A stretch of DNA of 64,000 nucleotides, from contig OX597832.1 in assembly GCA_951406725.2 (NCBI GenBank), positions 4,216,001-4,280,000 of the forward strand, given 5' to 3'. A program made the translations under genes and the position numbers. The notes below the pieces were generated by a model. It was not told where the DNA came from. It saw only the letters and a list, made by a program, of their open reading frames with translations, and searched no databases. Numbering within the stretch: position 1 is the first letter of the stretch; the number at the start of each line of letters is the position of its first letter. Positions 12,301 to 25,637 of the stretch are shown one piece after another. The DNA comes from Octopus vulgaris (taxonomy: Eukaryota).

Positions 12301-12523
12301 AAGGTAACAACAACAACAACAATTCATTTTTTCCTATTTCAAAATTTTTTCTTCTTTCCTTTTTCTTTCTCCCCCCCCCCCCACCTTTCCTTTCTACCAC
12401 ATTTGTAAATGAACAATCTGATGTGTTTATTTTAATGGCCTACCAATGTATACGGTGAGTTTCCTTGCCCTAGGTACTGGGACGACACTCGGCAAGAAAT
12501 GGGAACAAAATTGAAAGAAGAGG

Positions 12524-12579
<56 letters not shown>

Positions 12580-12586
12580 AATAATA

Positions 12587-12691
12587 CCATACAATAACCA
12601 TCAGAGCATCACAACAAATCACAGCACATACCCAAGGCACACAGAGCTGCGCTCGGTAGTGAAGAGAAAGCACGCTATAAAAATAAAACTA

Positions 12692-12695
<4 letters not shown>
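12587..12695 (+). mobile_element. Short insert within (TAA)n, probable 3' tail of another R4/Dong-like family
   Basis: About 110 bp of unique sequence interrupts a TAA array, the same context as 11076..12071. No coding evidence. Confidence 0.4.
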
Positions 12696-12738
<43 letters not shown>

Positions 12739-13246
12739 TAATAATAATTATAAAGTGAATCCACAACAAATTTAATCTTAATAAAATCTACTGCAATGCT
12801 TAAACTATTACTTGATAGTATTCAGAATATTCAATTTGCATTTTCGAAAAATATAAATAAAATAAAATAAAAATCTACCACTGACATCTAATACAATAAT
12901 CAGTTAATTTGTGTTTACAAAACATCAAAACTAACTGTCACTCATACACAGAGCGTTAGACGAGAAATAAAAAGAAAGTGCGAATATTTCACAAGTCTGA
13001 TTGCTCCATTCATCTGCTGCCTTGTAGCTGCTGTTTCTTCATTCGACCACGTTTATTTTCGCTTCGCTTCTTTCTCCCCGTTCATCCCAGCATACTTAAG
13101 ATGACTTGTCAACAAGGCTAAATAGGAGCTACTTGATATGTACCCTGAACCTTTTTTTATGGTGAAGAAGAAAACAAGGGTGGCTGGAATTAGGCACACT
13201 TGTCCTTCTTATCGTTGTGTGGTGACACCGTAGCAGATTCGCACAC

Positions 13247-13310
<64 letters not shown>

Positions 13311-13552
13311 ACACTCACACACACACACACACACACATACAGGCATGTGTGCATGACTATAATGTGTGTCTATATATATATGCATTTGTATGTATATGTA
13401 TACATGTATGCATGTATATATATATGTGTGTAAATGTATATATGCATTCGTGTATGCGTGTATATTTATATGTATATATATATATATATATAGTTAATCC
13501 AAACAAGAAAACAAAAAAAAACAACGCGAGGGCGTGGAACAAATATAGTATG

Positions 13553-13604
<52 letters not shown>

Positions 13605-13699
13605 CGCGCGTGTGTGTATGTGTGCGTATGTAAGCGTGTATGTATGTATGAGTGTGTGTGCGCGCGCGCATGTGCTTGTGTGCATGCATGCGTGAGTGG

Positions 13700-13776
<77 letters not shown>

Positions 13777-13958
13777 AAGCAGAAGTTACTCACTGAATCG
13801 GTCAATTGCTCGTTGACATTGTAACCTGATACCCGCCTTTTCAAGCTTAAAGTAGTAAAGGTGAATTGAAGAGGTGGGGCCGCCCTTAACTGTGTGAGGG
13901 TGCGTATCAATGCGCGAGCACACACACACATATATGTATGATGTATGCACGCATGTAT

Positions 13959-14000
<42 letters not shown>

Positions 14001-14041
14001 GTATGTATGTATGTATGTATGTATGTATATACGTATGTATG

Positions 14042-14098
<57 letters not shown>

Positions 14099-14099
<1 letters not shown>

Positions 14100-14263
14100 T
14101 GCAGGAGTGGCTATAGGTGTAGTAAGTAGCATGCTTACCAACCACATGGTTCCGGGTTCAGTCCCACTGCATGGCATCTTGGGTTAATGTCTTCTACTAT
14201 AGCTTCGGGCCGACCAAAGCCTTGTGAGTGGATCTGGTAGACGGAAACTGAAAGAAGCCCGTC

Positions 14264-14314
<51 letters not shown>

Positions 14315-14433
14315 CGTGTGCGTGTGTTTGTCACCCCAACATCGCTTGACAACCGATGCTTGTGTGTTTACGACCCCGTAACTTAGTGGTTCGGCAAAAG
14401 AGACCGATAGAATAAGTACTAGGCTTACAAAGA
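14099..14433 (+). mobile_element. SINE family A with internal (TG)n, 3'-truncated
   Basis: A/B-box-like head (gggttcagtccc), CORE-like cttggg..atgtcttc, gaagcccgtcg, (TG)n, then gacaaccgatgc...cggcaaaagagaccgatagaataagtac. Confidence 0.88.
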
Positions 14434-14704
14434 ATATACAAAAAAGTTGCATATATAGTTAATTTTTTAAAAAAACGGAGAAAAAGACAAGAGAAAAACA
14501 ACGTGAAGATGTAGCACATGCAAAGTATTAATAAAACGCTCAGAGAAAGAAGAGAGTGGTTGGTTTATACATGTGCATTTTACTTTTTTACTTGCTTCAG
14601 TCATTTTGTATAGATATGTGTGATTTATATATATGTATGTGTGTGTGTGCGTGTATGTGTGTATGTGTTGATGTATATGTATAATACATTGTCTGTATAT
14701 CACA

Positions 14705-14758
<54 letters not shown>

Positions 14759-14928
14759 TATATATGTATATATGGAGAGAGAGAGAGAGAGAGAAAGAGA
14801 TTGAGTGATAGATAGATAGATAATAAAACGAATGGTGCATACCTGGTAGCTTCCGTCATTCGTATACCACACACACACACACACACACATATATATGTAT
14901 ACACATACATATATATACATATATACAC

Positions 14929-14988
<60 letters not shown>

Positions 14989-15399
14989 AGAGACAGACAG
15001 ACAGACAGACAGACAGAAAGAGACAGAGACAGAGATGAAATTAGCAATACATTAACAAAAAGAATGGATGATAATGACGCATCCTTCTGAGAACCTCTTG
15101 AACCCATCCACAAGATCTTCCTAAATACCAAGGACAAGTGTCCTCTCCAATTTTTCTTCTCCAAATTAGAGGCCTGTACCGATAGTGGTACCATCCACTC
15201 TTGCCATTCTTGTCATCCTCACCTATGTTTCAATAAATAGTCGACCTGCTTTTGTAATTAAGAATCCTTTCATCCAGAACCCTAGCTACGTACACGCTCC
15301 CATACGCAGACGGACGCATACACACACACACACATACGTACACACACACACACACATCTTTCAATAAATTCGCCCGAAGGCAGCATTTCCCTCTCTACC

Positions 15400-16350
15400 T
15401 TCATCTTCTTTTCATAAAGCCTTCAATGACTTTTTCAAGTGAAACTTGAAATACTCGATAGGCTGTATGGAAGAGGAACGCCTCTGTCGTCATACATTTC
15501 AGACTCGTCTACAGCACAAGCGCTTTCCCTATACAGAGGAAAAAGGCCTTAACTTCCCAGTTAAAAGAGGACGGCAAGACAATCGTCATTATGGGTTCAG
15601 CCGACAGCCGGATTCGTCCTACACGTGACAATAGCTGTTTGACATAAGTCCACGTGTCAGCAAAACTTCTACATTGAACAAGTACTGCAGAACGGTTTCA
15701 TCACTGTGTGCGTAACTCAGACAAGCCCGTCTGACGGCACCTTCGTGTCTGTAGAGTTTATCTCCAACCAGTAGTGCTTCTTGGTAGCACTGCCAGGCCA
15801 AGGACTACTGGAAATTATCCGCGGTAGTCTCCTATTGAAAAGTCCTCTGGAACAGATTAGCCTGTTCGTTTTTGTTGACGCTTAGAGTTTCTCTGAGAAA
15901 GTTGTCACTCTTCCCCGCTCTTAATCTTCTCTGGATTGCTAGCGTAGAGTATCCACCGATCCTGCTGCTCGAGTTGCAGAGGGCGTCGAACCTCAGACAA
16001 CTCTAGATGTCAGGACTGTAGCTCCGTCAAGGAGACGAGTCGTGGAAAGACGTGCTTCATCGGTTGATTCTCCAGGAACCTTTACAGGTAACACAACCTC
16101 AGTGTGCATTTGTCTGCACATCAGCAACTGCAGCATATCTAAGATGGCATGCAAAGGGTGCTAGCAGCAGATGAGCTGCCTGACCAGTGAAACGTATCCC
16201 TTCCACAAGAAATTGAATAACAGACGTTCCAACATGATCAAGCAGCAGCTGAGACGCGGCACGACGGTCGGGCGATAAACAATAACGGAGGTGATGTGGG
16301 CATTTACCAGCTTTGCACGACCTTCCATGAACAACTTCCTTTTTCTGGGT
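15400..16350 (-). mobile_element. Degenerate Tx1/L1-clade LINE fragment
   Basis: Translations AWQCYQEALLVGDKLYRH..CLSYAHSDETV and LERLLFNFLWKG are paralogous to the 9572..10590 element. Confidence 0.8.
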
Positions 16351-16466
16351 GTTATGAGAATGTGTGTGACAGAGACGAAGTGCAAAAGATAGAGTGAGAG
16401 AAGGGGGATGAGAAATATAGAGAATAAGTGAAGGGGACCGACAGATACACACACACATGCGCGCGC

Positions 16467-16512
<46 letters not shown>

Positions 16513-16517
16513 GTACG

Positions 16518-17200
16518 TGTAATCAAAAGTGTATGTGGTCATGCGTTAACAACAACAATGATATATGCAATATATCGAACAGCTATTGGAGAATCTATTT
16601 TTCTGTATTATAGAAATATCTTTAAAAGTTGCTCAAACGTTTAAATAGCAACAAATATATCGATAACTAAACTACTCATCGTCCTAGAAACTATATTCTG
16701 TTGAGATACGTATGACTATGTACTGCGTGACCAACATTTTGTGTTCATCGTTAGTGTTACTATTTGATGTCACACAGTTGGACAGAACAGTATATTCGGT
16801 GTGAATGGATCGAGTGTGGTGTATATGTTTCTTGTTCTGGAACGTCCATGTTCCTGTGCAGAAAGTACCTAACTATGCTAGACATCATGCAAGTTGGTAG
16901 CAGCCAGTGTGTTATAGAGAGCGTTGTTTAAGAACTCAAAGGTGCATAAAATACCTCTTCAAACACCAAATGCAAGGTAAAGGTGACGCTGACTTCCACA
17001 AGGTTTCAGATGTTTGGGTGTCTCCACCTCGTCTTGTCCTACATATTCTTCAACCTTTAATCACCGCGAATACTTGAAACAATGAAAGTTTCAGTAATCA
17101 AAGCTCCGGAAAAAGGCAACCGGTATTGTGACGTCATAAACACACCGTATAAAAACTTAAACTTCTTTGGACCAGACGGAAGAAGCTGAAATCAAATTCA
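16518..17200 (+). repeat. Local duplication, copy 1
   Basis: Colinear with 18727..19760; shared blocks include ggagaatctatttttctgtattatagaaatatc, aagaactcaaag, ggtgacgctga and taatcaccgcgaa. Confidence 0.85.
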
Positions 17201-17659
17201 CACACACACACAGAAATGTGCAAACACATACGCAAACACATATCTGTAGATACATAGACACAGATACGCACATACCTATAGTCAGATACGCACAGACACG
17301 CCCATACATACATACATACATACATACATACATACATACATACATACATAAGGGTTTTTGTCTTTGTATTAGAGGTTAGTCCGACGCATTAGAGTTAGTC
17401 TATGTTGAAGCTACAAATTCTTAATGCATCGCAGTCCGACAATAGCTTAGCAGGCCGAAACTTCGATGTCACTGTCAACAACATTCTTGTTTAAGAATAA
17501 TAAATTTGTACTCAACAAAGTACACACTCACACACATATTTATATCAGATAAATATTGGTTTCAAATTTTGGCTCACGGTCAGCAAGTGCAAAGAGGGAT
17601 TAAGTCGATTACATCGACCCTAATGCTCAGCTGTTCCTTATTTTATTGACCCCGAAGAA

Positions 17660-18600
17660 GGCACTCCATCTGAAAGAAATGCACAGAAATGGTTTACACC
17701 CTTCAAAGAGGAGAAATTCGCGTTCCGGTCAACCACTTCAGTTTCATGAAGACCATGGGAATGAGCTCGATGATCTGCACCAATCTACTTGGCAGTTGAG
17801 CCAGCAGAATGGGACTCTCCCGTGATACCGTCACCTTTACTTGCTGGGTAAGGTTCAAAATCTCGATGCATGAGTGTCACATGCCCGGGACGAAAATGAC
17901 AAACTCCGACAGTTCTCTGACGCCACCAGTTTGCTCGCTGGGCATCAGGCTTCTCGTGGACACAGGCTATTTTACCGCATCATCACCCGCGATGTAAAGG
18001 TATCTTTACATCAATATGAAGCAGAGGAAAGTTCGGCTGAGTTCTGTCAAGAAAGCAACACCTCGGGCCAAGGCAGAGCTGCATCCATGCAATACAATGA
18101 TCTGTGTTCGGTGGGGTTGAGAAGGGCTAATCCACTACGAAATGCTTGAAAACTACCACACAGTCAATGCAGAGCTTTATGCTCAACAAATGCACTGGCT
18201 CAATGAAACAATCCAGCTGAAGCGACCCAGCCAGTGACACAGCGTGCTTCTTCAAAAAGATAACACTTGCCCTCATGTCACTAATTCGACGAAAAATACC
18301 ATTCAAGAGCTCGGCTCGGGAGTTTTACCGCACGCACAATGTTCCCTTTATATAGCGTCTTCAAATGATTAACTTTGTCAGTCGCTCTTCGGCACTCTGC
18401 AAGGCGTTATTGAAAATGTGGCATTCTTCGTATCAAGACTTCTACCGTCAAGACACTGGAAAGCTACTGAAACGTTAGCAGAATATGTGAACAATGTTTG
18501 ACAGTATATTATTAGCTGCTTTGCTAAAATTGTTGAAGGAAAAAAAAGAATTAAAATAATTGAAAGAATAAACCAAATGAATTTATCTGATGATCCAATA
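17660..18600 (+). pseudogene. Degenerate mariner (DD34D-like) transposase remnant
   Basis: Broken translation gives RIITRD, MICV.W..GLIHYEML..TVNAELY..Q, LLQKDNTCPH and IQELG..VLPH. A TIR-like end aatttatctgatgatccaata lies near 18600. Confidence 0.8.
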
Positions 18601-18726
18601 AATATATATAGAGAGAAATGAAATGCGTTTTGGGAGATGAGAACAGTGAGGGATAAAATAAAAAAGAAAGAAAGAAAGAAAGAAAGGGATGAATGAGAAC
18701 AACAGATGCACACACACACATGTACA

Positions 18727-19307
18727 TGTAACCAAAGATGTATGTGGTTATGCGTTTGCAACAATTGTGATATATGCAGTATATCGAACAGCTGGAGAAT
18801 CTATTTTTCTGTATTATAGAAATATCTTGAGACGTTGCTCAACGTTTTAATAGCAACAAACATATTTAAAATACTCACCATCATAAGAGCTATATTCTGT
18901 TAACATACGTGTAACTATGTGTTACGTAACCAATATTTTCTGTTCAGTAGTATTATTATTTAATAACATACAGTTGGACGGGATACTATATACAATGTGA
19001 TTGGATTGAGTGTGGTGTATATGTTTCCCGTTTTGGGACATCCATGTTTCAGTGCAGATAGTACTAACTACATAAGAATTCTTGTAATTATAATATGGTA
19101 GCAGCCAGCGTATTACAGGGAGTGTATAAGAACTCAAAGATGCATGGCGTGGCTGTGTATTAAGAGGTTTGCTTCCCAACCACATGATTCCAGATTCAAC
19201 CCCATGGCATGACATCTTGGGCAAGTGTCTTGAACTATAGCCTAGGGCCGACTAAAGCATTTGTGACTGGATTTGGCAGACGGAAACTGAAAGAAGCCCG
19301 ATGTATA

Positions 19308-19344
<37 letters not shown>

Positions 19345-19760
19345 CTCCTCACCACCGCTTGATAACCAATGCATCCACCAACTTAGCGGTTCGGCAAAAG
19401 ACACCGATAGAATAAGTAGCAGCCTTAAGAAAAAAATAAGTTCTAGGTCGATTCATTCGACTAAAAATTCTTCAAGGCGATGCCCCTTCATGGCTGCAGT
19501 GTCACGATTTAAAGAAGTAAAACATTAACATCAAAAGCAAGATGGAGGTGACGCTGATTTCTCACTAAGCTTTAGAAGTTTTGGTCTCCATCTTCTGGCC
19601 CGCGTATACTAATCACCTCTAATCACCGCGAAAGGTGGCGAGTGAATATGTCAGCAGTCAAAGCTCCAAGCAAACACGATTCAATATTATGACATCATAA
19701 ACACAGTTTATTAAAAGCTGAACTTCTTTAGACAACAAGAAAGATGCTTAAATCCAATTC
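18727..19760 (+). repeat. Local duplication, copy 2 (interrupted by a SINE)
   Basis: Colinear with 16518..17200, with an extra SINE A at about 19145-19523. Confidence 0.85.
19145..19523 (+). mobile_element. SINE family A
   Basis: ggcgtggctgtg..gcttcccaaccacatg..cttgggcaagtgtctt..gaagccc..(TG)n..cggttcggcaaaag. Confidence 0.85.
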
Positions 19761-19880
19761 TCGCGCATATATGCACACACACACACATACACAGAGAAGA
19801 GAAACACATGTGTGTATGTAGTATGTATGTATGTATGTATGTAAGTGTCTACTATCTATCTCCCCCTCTCTCTCTCTCTC

Positions 19881-19922
<42 letters not shown>

Positions 19923-19923
<1 letters not shown>

Positions 19924-20241
19924 TGTTGTGTCTGTGGAGAGTCATTCTCTTTTAGTGCCTTATAATTTAACACACCCGCCGGTAAAATTTCCACTTATTT
20001 CTTATTTTTATTTTCTAAAATTTTCGTTGCGTCTTGCAACCTTTTCAATAATTTTTTGAAAAGGTTGCAAGACACAACGAAAATTTTAGAAAATAAAAAT
20101 AAGAAATAAGTGGAAATTTTACCGGCTGGTGTGTTAAATTATAAGGCACTAAAAGAGAATGACTCTCCCCAGACACAACAGAATATGCTTCAACACACGA
20201 ACTCATGTAAAGAATCTTGCAAACCAAATCCAAAAACGAAA
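19923..20241. mobile_element. Fold-back element in (TA)n, probable Penelope pseudo-LTR pair
   Basis: Near-perfect inverted arms at about 19923-20047 and 20056-20181. A second copy lies at 39771..39982. Confidence 0.8.
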
Positions 20242-20299
20242 TATATATATATATTGTATATAACGTCAAATTGAACGTCGATCAGTAGACATATAAATA

Positions 20300-21400
20300 A
20301 ATAAAAATAAAAAAAAGATTTCTTTATTAAGCTACGAATGACCAACTGAAGAAAACCACTGCACGCTTCTGAAAGTGCATGTCTGCTAGAATTTTATTTC
20401 TCGAAAAGAAGAATCAACACCAGTAACTAAGAGTTCTAAAATTCGTCTGACGCTTCTTCAAGCGCTTTCATCGCTTCATAAAGTTTAATCAACCTCTGAT
20501 CTATCATTCAATTTAGAAGGTATGGATGACTGAAATCTTTCTGAAGACTGGTTTACCAATTTGTGTCCTGCTGTAGAAAAGGACTGTGCTGAACATTATA
20601 CTCCCAATAAACCATTCCTCCTTTCATTACATGCACCAAACCACCTAGTGAACTTAAATGAGCTTTGTGATAATGTGAGAGTTGATGATATCCCCAAGAT
20701 TACAACATCTTTGCAATATCTTAGCTCCAATCAATGGATCAAGATGAGATAGCTAACTTCAAGAAATATTATATGAGCAGAACCTTCAAACAACTTATGA
20801 AAGCAATTGACAGCAAGGACAAACCTACAGTTAGAGTTCATGAAGAAGTTCAACATAAAGGTTGCTATGGATAACATAGTTGAGCTATGGGATTAAGTAA
20901 AACCCTCAAGTTTGACTGGTAGTTGGAAAAATATATAGCCAAACTTGGCTTTACAAGCTTTCTCCAAGCAGAGGAGCCGTAGAAGTTGATGTGATGAGTA
21001 GCTGGAGGAGTCACAGAGAATGTGATTGCGTTGATAGAGAAGTTGTAATGGATGATGTGATTGATTTGCTTGTGCCCCATAAGAGAATGTTTATCAAACA
21101 AGGAGCTAGCACTGTTTGAACATGAGCAAGTTATGAACGCAGAACATAGAAATTCCATTAACTGCAAATAATATTGCTAAAGTGTTGGCACTTATAGAGG
21201 AAGGTCTGCAAATTTTTGCTAACAGCATTAATTGCAAACGTAACAAGGAGAGTTTTGATTAGTTTACAGTGAGTTTAATTCTTGTACTGAGATCTCCGAA
21301 AAGATGATGCGCTATAAACATCGAACAACTTGGGATAAGTTCTTCTTCACCCTTCCAGTAGAAACTTGAGATTATCTCCACTTCTTGAGCAGATTTGGTC
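20300..21400 (+). pseudogene. Degenerate pogo/Tigger (DDE_1) transposase remnant
   Basis: Fragments read WMT..F..WF...PAVEK.C..PNK..LL..APNH..P..TTSLQ..MDQ..IANFKKYY..TF. Confidence 0.7.
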
Positions 21401-21514
21401 TTAATTGCCATTTGGTAGTTATGACATAACTGCCAGAGCTGGAGATGATATTAGTAAATCAAGAATTTTATGTTGTGTGACATTTGATATATCTGCATTT
21501 GTCTATACATACAG

Positions 21515-21586
<72 letters not shown>

Positions 21587-21837
21587 GTACCTTTTATCTT
21601 TTACTTGTTTCAGTCATTAGACTGCGGCCATGCTTGAGGACCTTGAAGAATTTTTAATCGAATGAATTGAACCCAATATTTTAAAAGCCTAATACTTATT
21701 ATATCGATGTCTTTTTCCGAACAGCTATGTTACGGGGGACGTAAGCACACTAACACCGGTTCTCAATAGCATATATATAGTAAACATAAGTGGCGTTTGA
21801 TGTGCCTTGATTCTTTTGAATTCTTATAACTAAATCA

Positions 21838-21940
<103 letters not shown>

Positions 21941-21944
21941 AAGA

Positions 21945-22105
21945 TTAATCAGCCGAAATTGTGAGGATGATCCGGTTCTTGACTGAGGATAAAAGGCTTC
22001 GAATGACCCGTCCTTGTTTTTTTGTATCGTCTATTTGGATGTTTTGTTATCCCTTATTGTATCACCTAGTTGTCCGGATGTTTTGCGTTCTTGTCTCATT
22101 TTGTA
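21945..22105 (+). mobile_element. Short repeat in microsatellite context (family also at 60621..60780 and about 36985..37100)
   Basis: aatcagccgaaattgtgaggatgatccggttcttgactgag...cttcgaatgacccgtccttg is shared among the copies. Confidence 0.7.
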
Positions 22106-22177
<72 letters not shown>

Positions 22178-22851
22178 ATATATGTATGTATGTATTAATG
22201 TGTGTATGTATGTATGTATGTATGTATATGTATATATTTATAAAACACTCCTTTGAGTACTACTTATCTTTCTTGTCCTCTTCCATTCCAGAAGACCCGC
22301 AAATTAGCCGACTGCAGAAGACAGTAAAATACGCTCAGTTAGCAAGCCGAACACCATTGACTTGGGCATTTCACATTATCATTCAATAAACAACCAGTTA
22401 GATTGCGTTTCATAGCAGCTCCTTAGTCGTTATAATTTCGTGTTTATAATAACCGTTATATATTTCGCAGCAAAGCTAACCATATTTAATATCTCAATGA
22501 CAACTGTGTGCCACGGTTTGTTACACAGGAAACCAATTCTACCGCTGAAACCGATCATTTTCAGATCCGTGATGCAAATTGAAATAATTGCATATTTTAT
22601 AGTTAATTTTGTTTATAACTTATCAATCACATGAAGCTAATCTGATCAATCAGATGTGACTGGCATCTGAATATATATAAATCAGCTTTTACGCATGTGT
22701 ATCCTTGAAGAGTATATTTTTATATAAATGTATGTGAAGGTGTGTATACGCATACACACATTTATGTATGACCATTTATATATATATGCGTGTGTGTGTG
22801 TATGTGAGTGTGTGTGTGTGAGTACATGTATTTATGAATATACATGTGTGC

Positions 22852-22914
<63 letters not shown>

Positions 22915-23454
22915 TATACATATATATATATGTATGTGTGTGTATATATGTGTATGTATATGTTTGTGTATTTGTGTCTGTGTTTGCTACCCCGCCCTCC
23001 ACCATCGCTTGACAACCGATGCTGGTGTGTTATGTCCCTATAACTTAGCGCGGTTCAGTAAAAGAGACCGATAAAAGAGAGTAAGTACTAGGCTTACAAA
23101 GAGTAAGTCCTGAGATCGATTTGTTCGACTAAAGGTGCTCCAATAAGGCCGCAGTTAGATGACTGAAATAATATATATATATATATATATATATTGTTAA
23201 AGAAGACAACAAACGTTAAGGCAAGGCAAACATCTCAAGTCATATACATTATTATTATTGGAAAAAATTCAAAGTCTTACAGTTGTTTCTGGGATATCCC
23301 AGAGCATGGGATATCCAAGAAACAGCTAAGTAAAGACGGACGAAATGCCGCTAAGCATTTTGTTCGGCATGCTAACGATTCTGCCAACACGCCGCCTTAA
23401 GCGCATGTATAGTAACAATAATAATTATTATTATATCTGTTTGTGGGGTTAAGA

Positions 23455-23655
23455 AGTATCGTTAGCACACCGAGCAAGATGCTTTACGGCATTTCGCTTG
23501 ACTTTACGTTCTGAGTTCAAATTCCGCCAGGGTCGACTTTGCCTTTCATCCTTTCGAGGTCGATAAATTAAGTATCAGTGAAACACTGGGATCGATGTAA
23601 TCGATTAGTCCCCTCCCCCAAAACTTCAGGCCTTGTGCCTTTATTAGACAGGATT
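23455..23655 (+). mobile_element. SINE family B
   Basis: atcgttagcac..gagttcaaattccgcc..gcctttcatcctttcgaggtcgataaattaagta..ggccttgtgcc. Confidence 0.85.
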
Positions 23656-25003
23656 ATTATCATATTTGTAATTTATCAAATGTAATCATGTAATCATGTA
23701 AAAGTAATGTTTCAAATCAGTTCAAAAATGTTTCTACACTCGTTCGATTTGGCGATGAATTTTTTCCTGTTCATTGCCCCACCAAACTTTTAGGAACTGT
23801 CGTTGTACCCGCTGCGCTTCCTGTTTCAGATTCTTTTGTTTTCACAAATAATGAACCATAAACTCTTAAGTAATTATCTTGAAGAGAAGTTTCAAGTTTC
23901 AGGCAAAAGAAACCACCTTATAATCCTTATTCAACAAATTCAAGCGATAAGCGGAAGAGTAAAAATCTGCAAGATCTTTTAAAGTTAATATCTACCTACA
24001 TTCTAATCAGGGAACTTTGTTTTATAGTTAGAATCAAGTTACTTCTTTGAAGGATGAATTTAAAGAAGCGTGGGCAGAAAGACATACAATAATACTTGCT
24101 GATTCTTTCACATCCATTCTCTCAAGTACATTATCTCTGTATTTCAGTCATTTTCTTCGTCTCTACCTCACTTTTCTTCCTCTTCTTATTTACTGTAGAG
24201 TACTCACATTCATATATTCTGTCTTATATCTCATTAAATATATTTTCCTTATAATTCTCTTTCCTTTGTATGCTTACAGTTCATCCTTCTTACATTCCTG
24301 TCCCTTTATTGTTCCTCTCTCTTTCTCCTTCATATTTGCACCACCCAACTCCCACCTGTCGTCTGCATCAAACAGTAACTAAAACGAGAGTAGAGGTGTG
24401 AGACTGCGAGTGTTGGTGCAAGCTAGAGAATATCTGTTTGCGCGTGTATTACGCACACACACACACACACACGTACGCATACACACACATTCATCCACAT
24501 GACAGAGGATGTAGTAGGAGAGTGGGTTAGCGAGACAAACATGAAGAGGCGATGATAATCATAGATAGGAGAGGGAGTGATATAGCGAGAGTAGTTATAG
24601 ACGTATGTGTAGTGAAGAAGGAGCAAACGCAACAGAAGAGCAAACCAAATGCAAGAGTTAGAAGAATTGGGAGGGGTTTGTGGGGTTAAGAGAGTGAGTG
24701 AGAGAGAGGGAGAGAGAGAGAAAAAAAGAAAGACGATGAATGAACATAGGGAGGGTGACAGATATTTGTAGTGAGTGAAAGGGAGAACGAAGGAGATATG
24801 GTGAGAGTGAAAAGTTTCGAGATGAGACAGAACAAAAGTACTTTGCTTTGAACACACTCTGCTCTGTAGTTTTTGCCAGAGAAAACAGTCTTCTCCGTAC
24901 ATATATATATATATATGTAGAGACTCATTATATATCTATATATACATCAGTAGGGTTCCTGCGACCGACGTAGAGGACGTGTTTGCTTGACAAACTTCCT
25001 ATC

Positions 25004-25038
25004 ATGGTTGGTCACTCTCCAACAATACCACACTTAAG
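25004..25038 (+). other. Candidate first coding exon end (MVGHSPTIPHL...) followed by a consensus donor
   Basis: atcATGg in a strong Kozak context; AAG|GTGAGT at 25038/25039; purine-rich non-TE sequence upstream. No homology evidence. Confidence 0.25.
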
Positions 25039-25346
25039 GTGAGTTATTACACCTCAACACATTTTTCTTTCTCTTTCATGTCGTCTCAGTTTAACGTCTC
25101 TAACTTTTTATGTTCCACTGTATTAACTATATCTCAATGTACAGCTTTTATGATCATAAATATATATATATAATTTATATACATATATATATATATTTAT
25201 ATAGATATAAAACCATATATATAAAATATATATGGTCTTATATCTCTGCATATATGTCTATTATGTATATATACATACATGTGTGTGTATGTGCGTGTGT
25301 ATACCTACTTCATACATACATACATACATACATACATACATACATA

Positions 25347-25381
<35 letters not shown>

Positions 25382-25437
25382 CATATATACATACATACAT
25401 ACATAATACACATAATACATATATATACATACATACA

Positions 25438-25494
<57 letters not shown>

Positions 25495-25536
25495 GACTGA
25501 AACAAGTAAAAGAATAAAAGAATATACATACATACA

Positions 25537-25628
<92 letters not shown>

Positions 25629-25637
25629 TGTATGTAT

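Noticed and set aside
22291-22389. Strong pyrimidine tract and acceptor followed by a 32-codon frame
   Set aside because: No recognisable protein similarity or partner exon; such motifs are common by chance.
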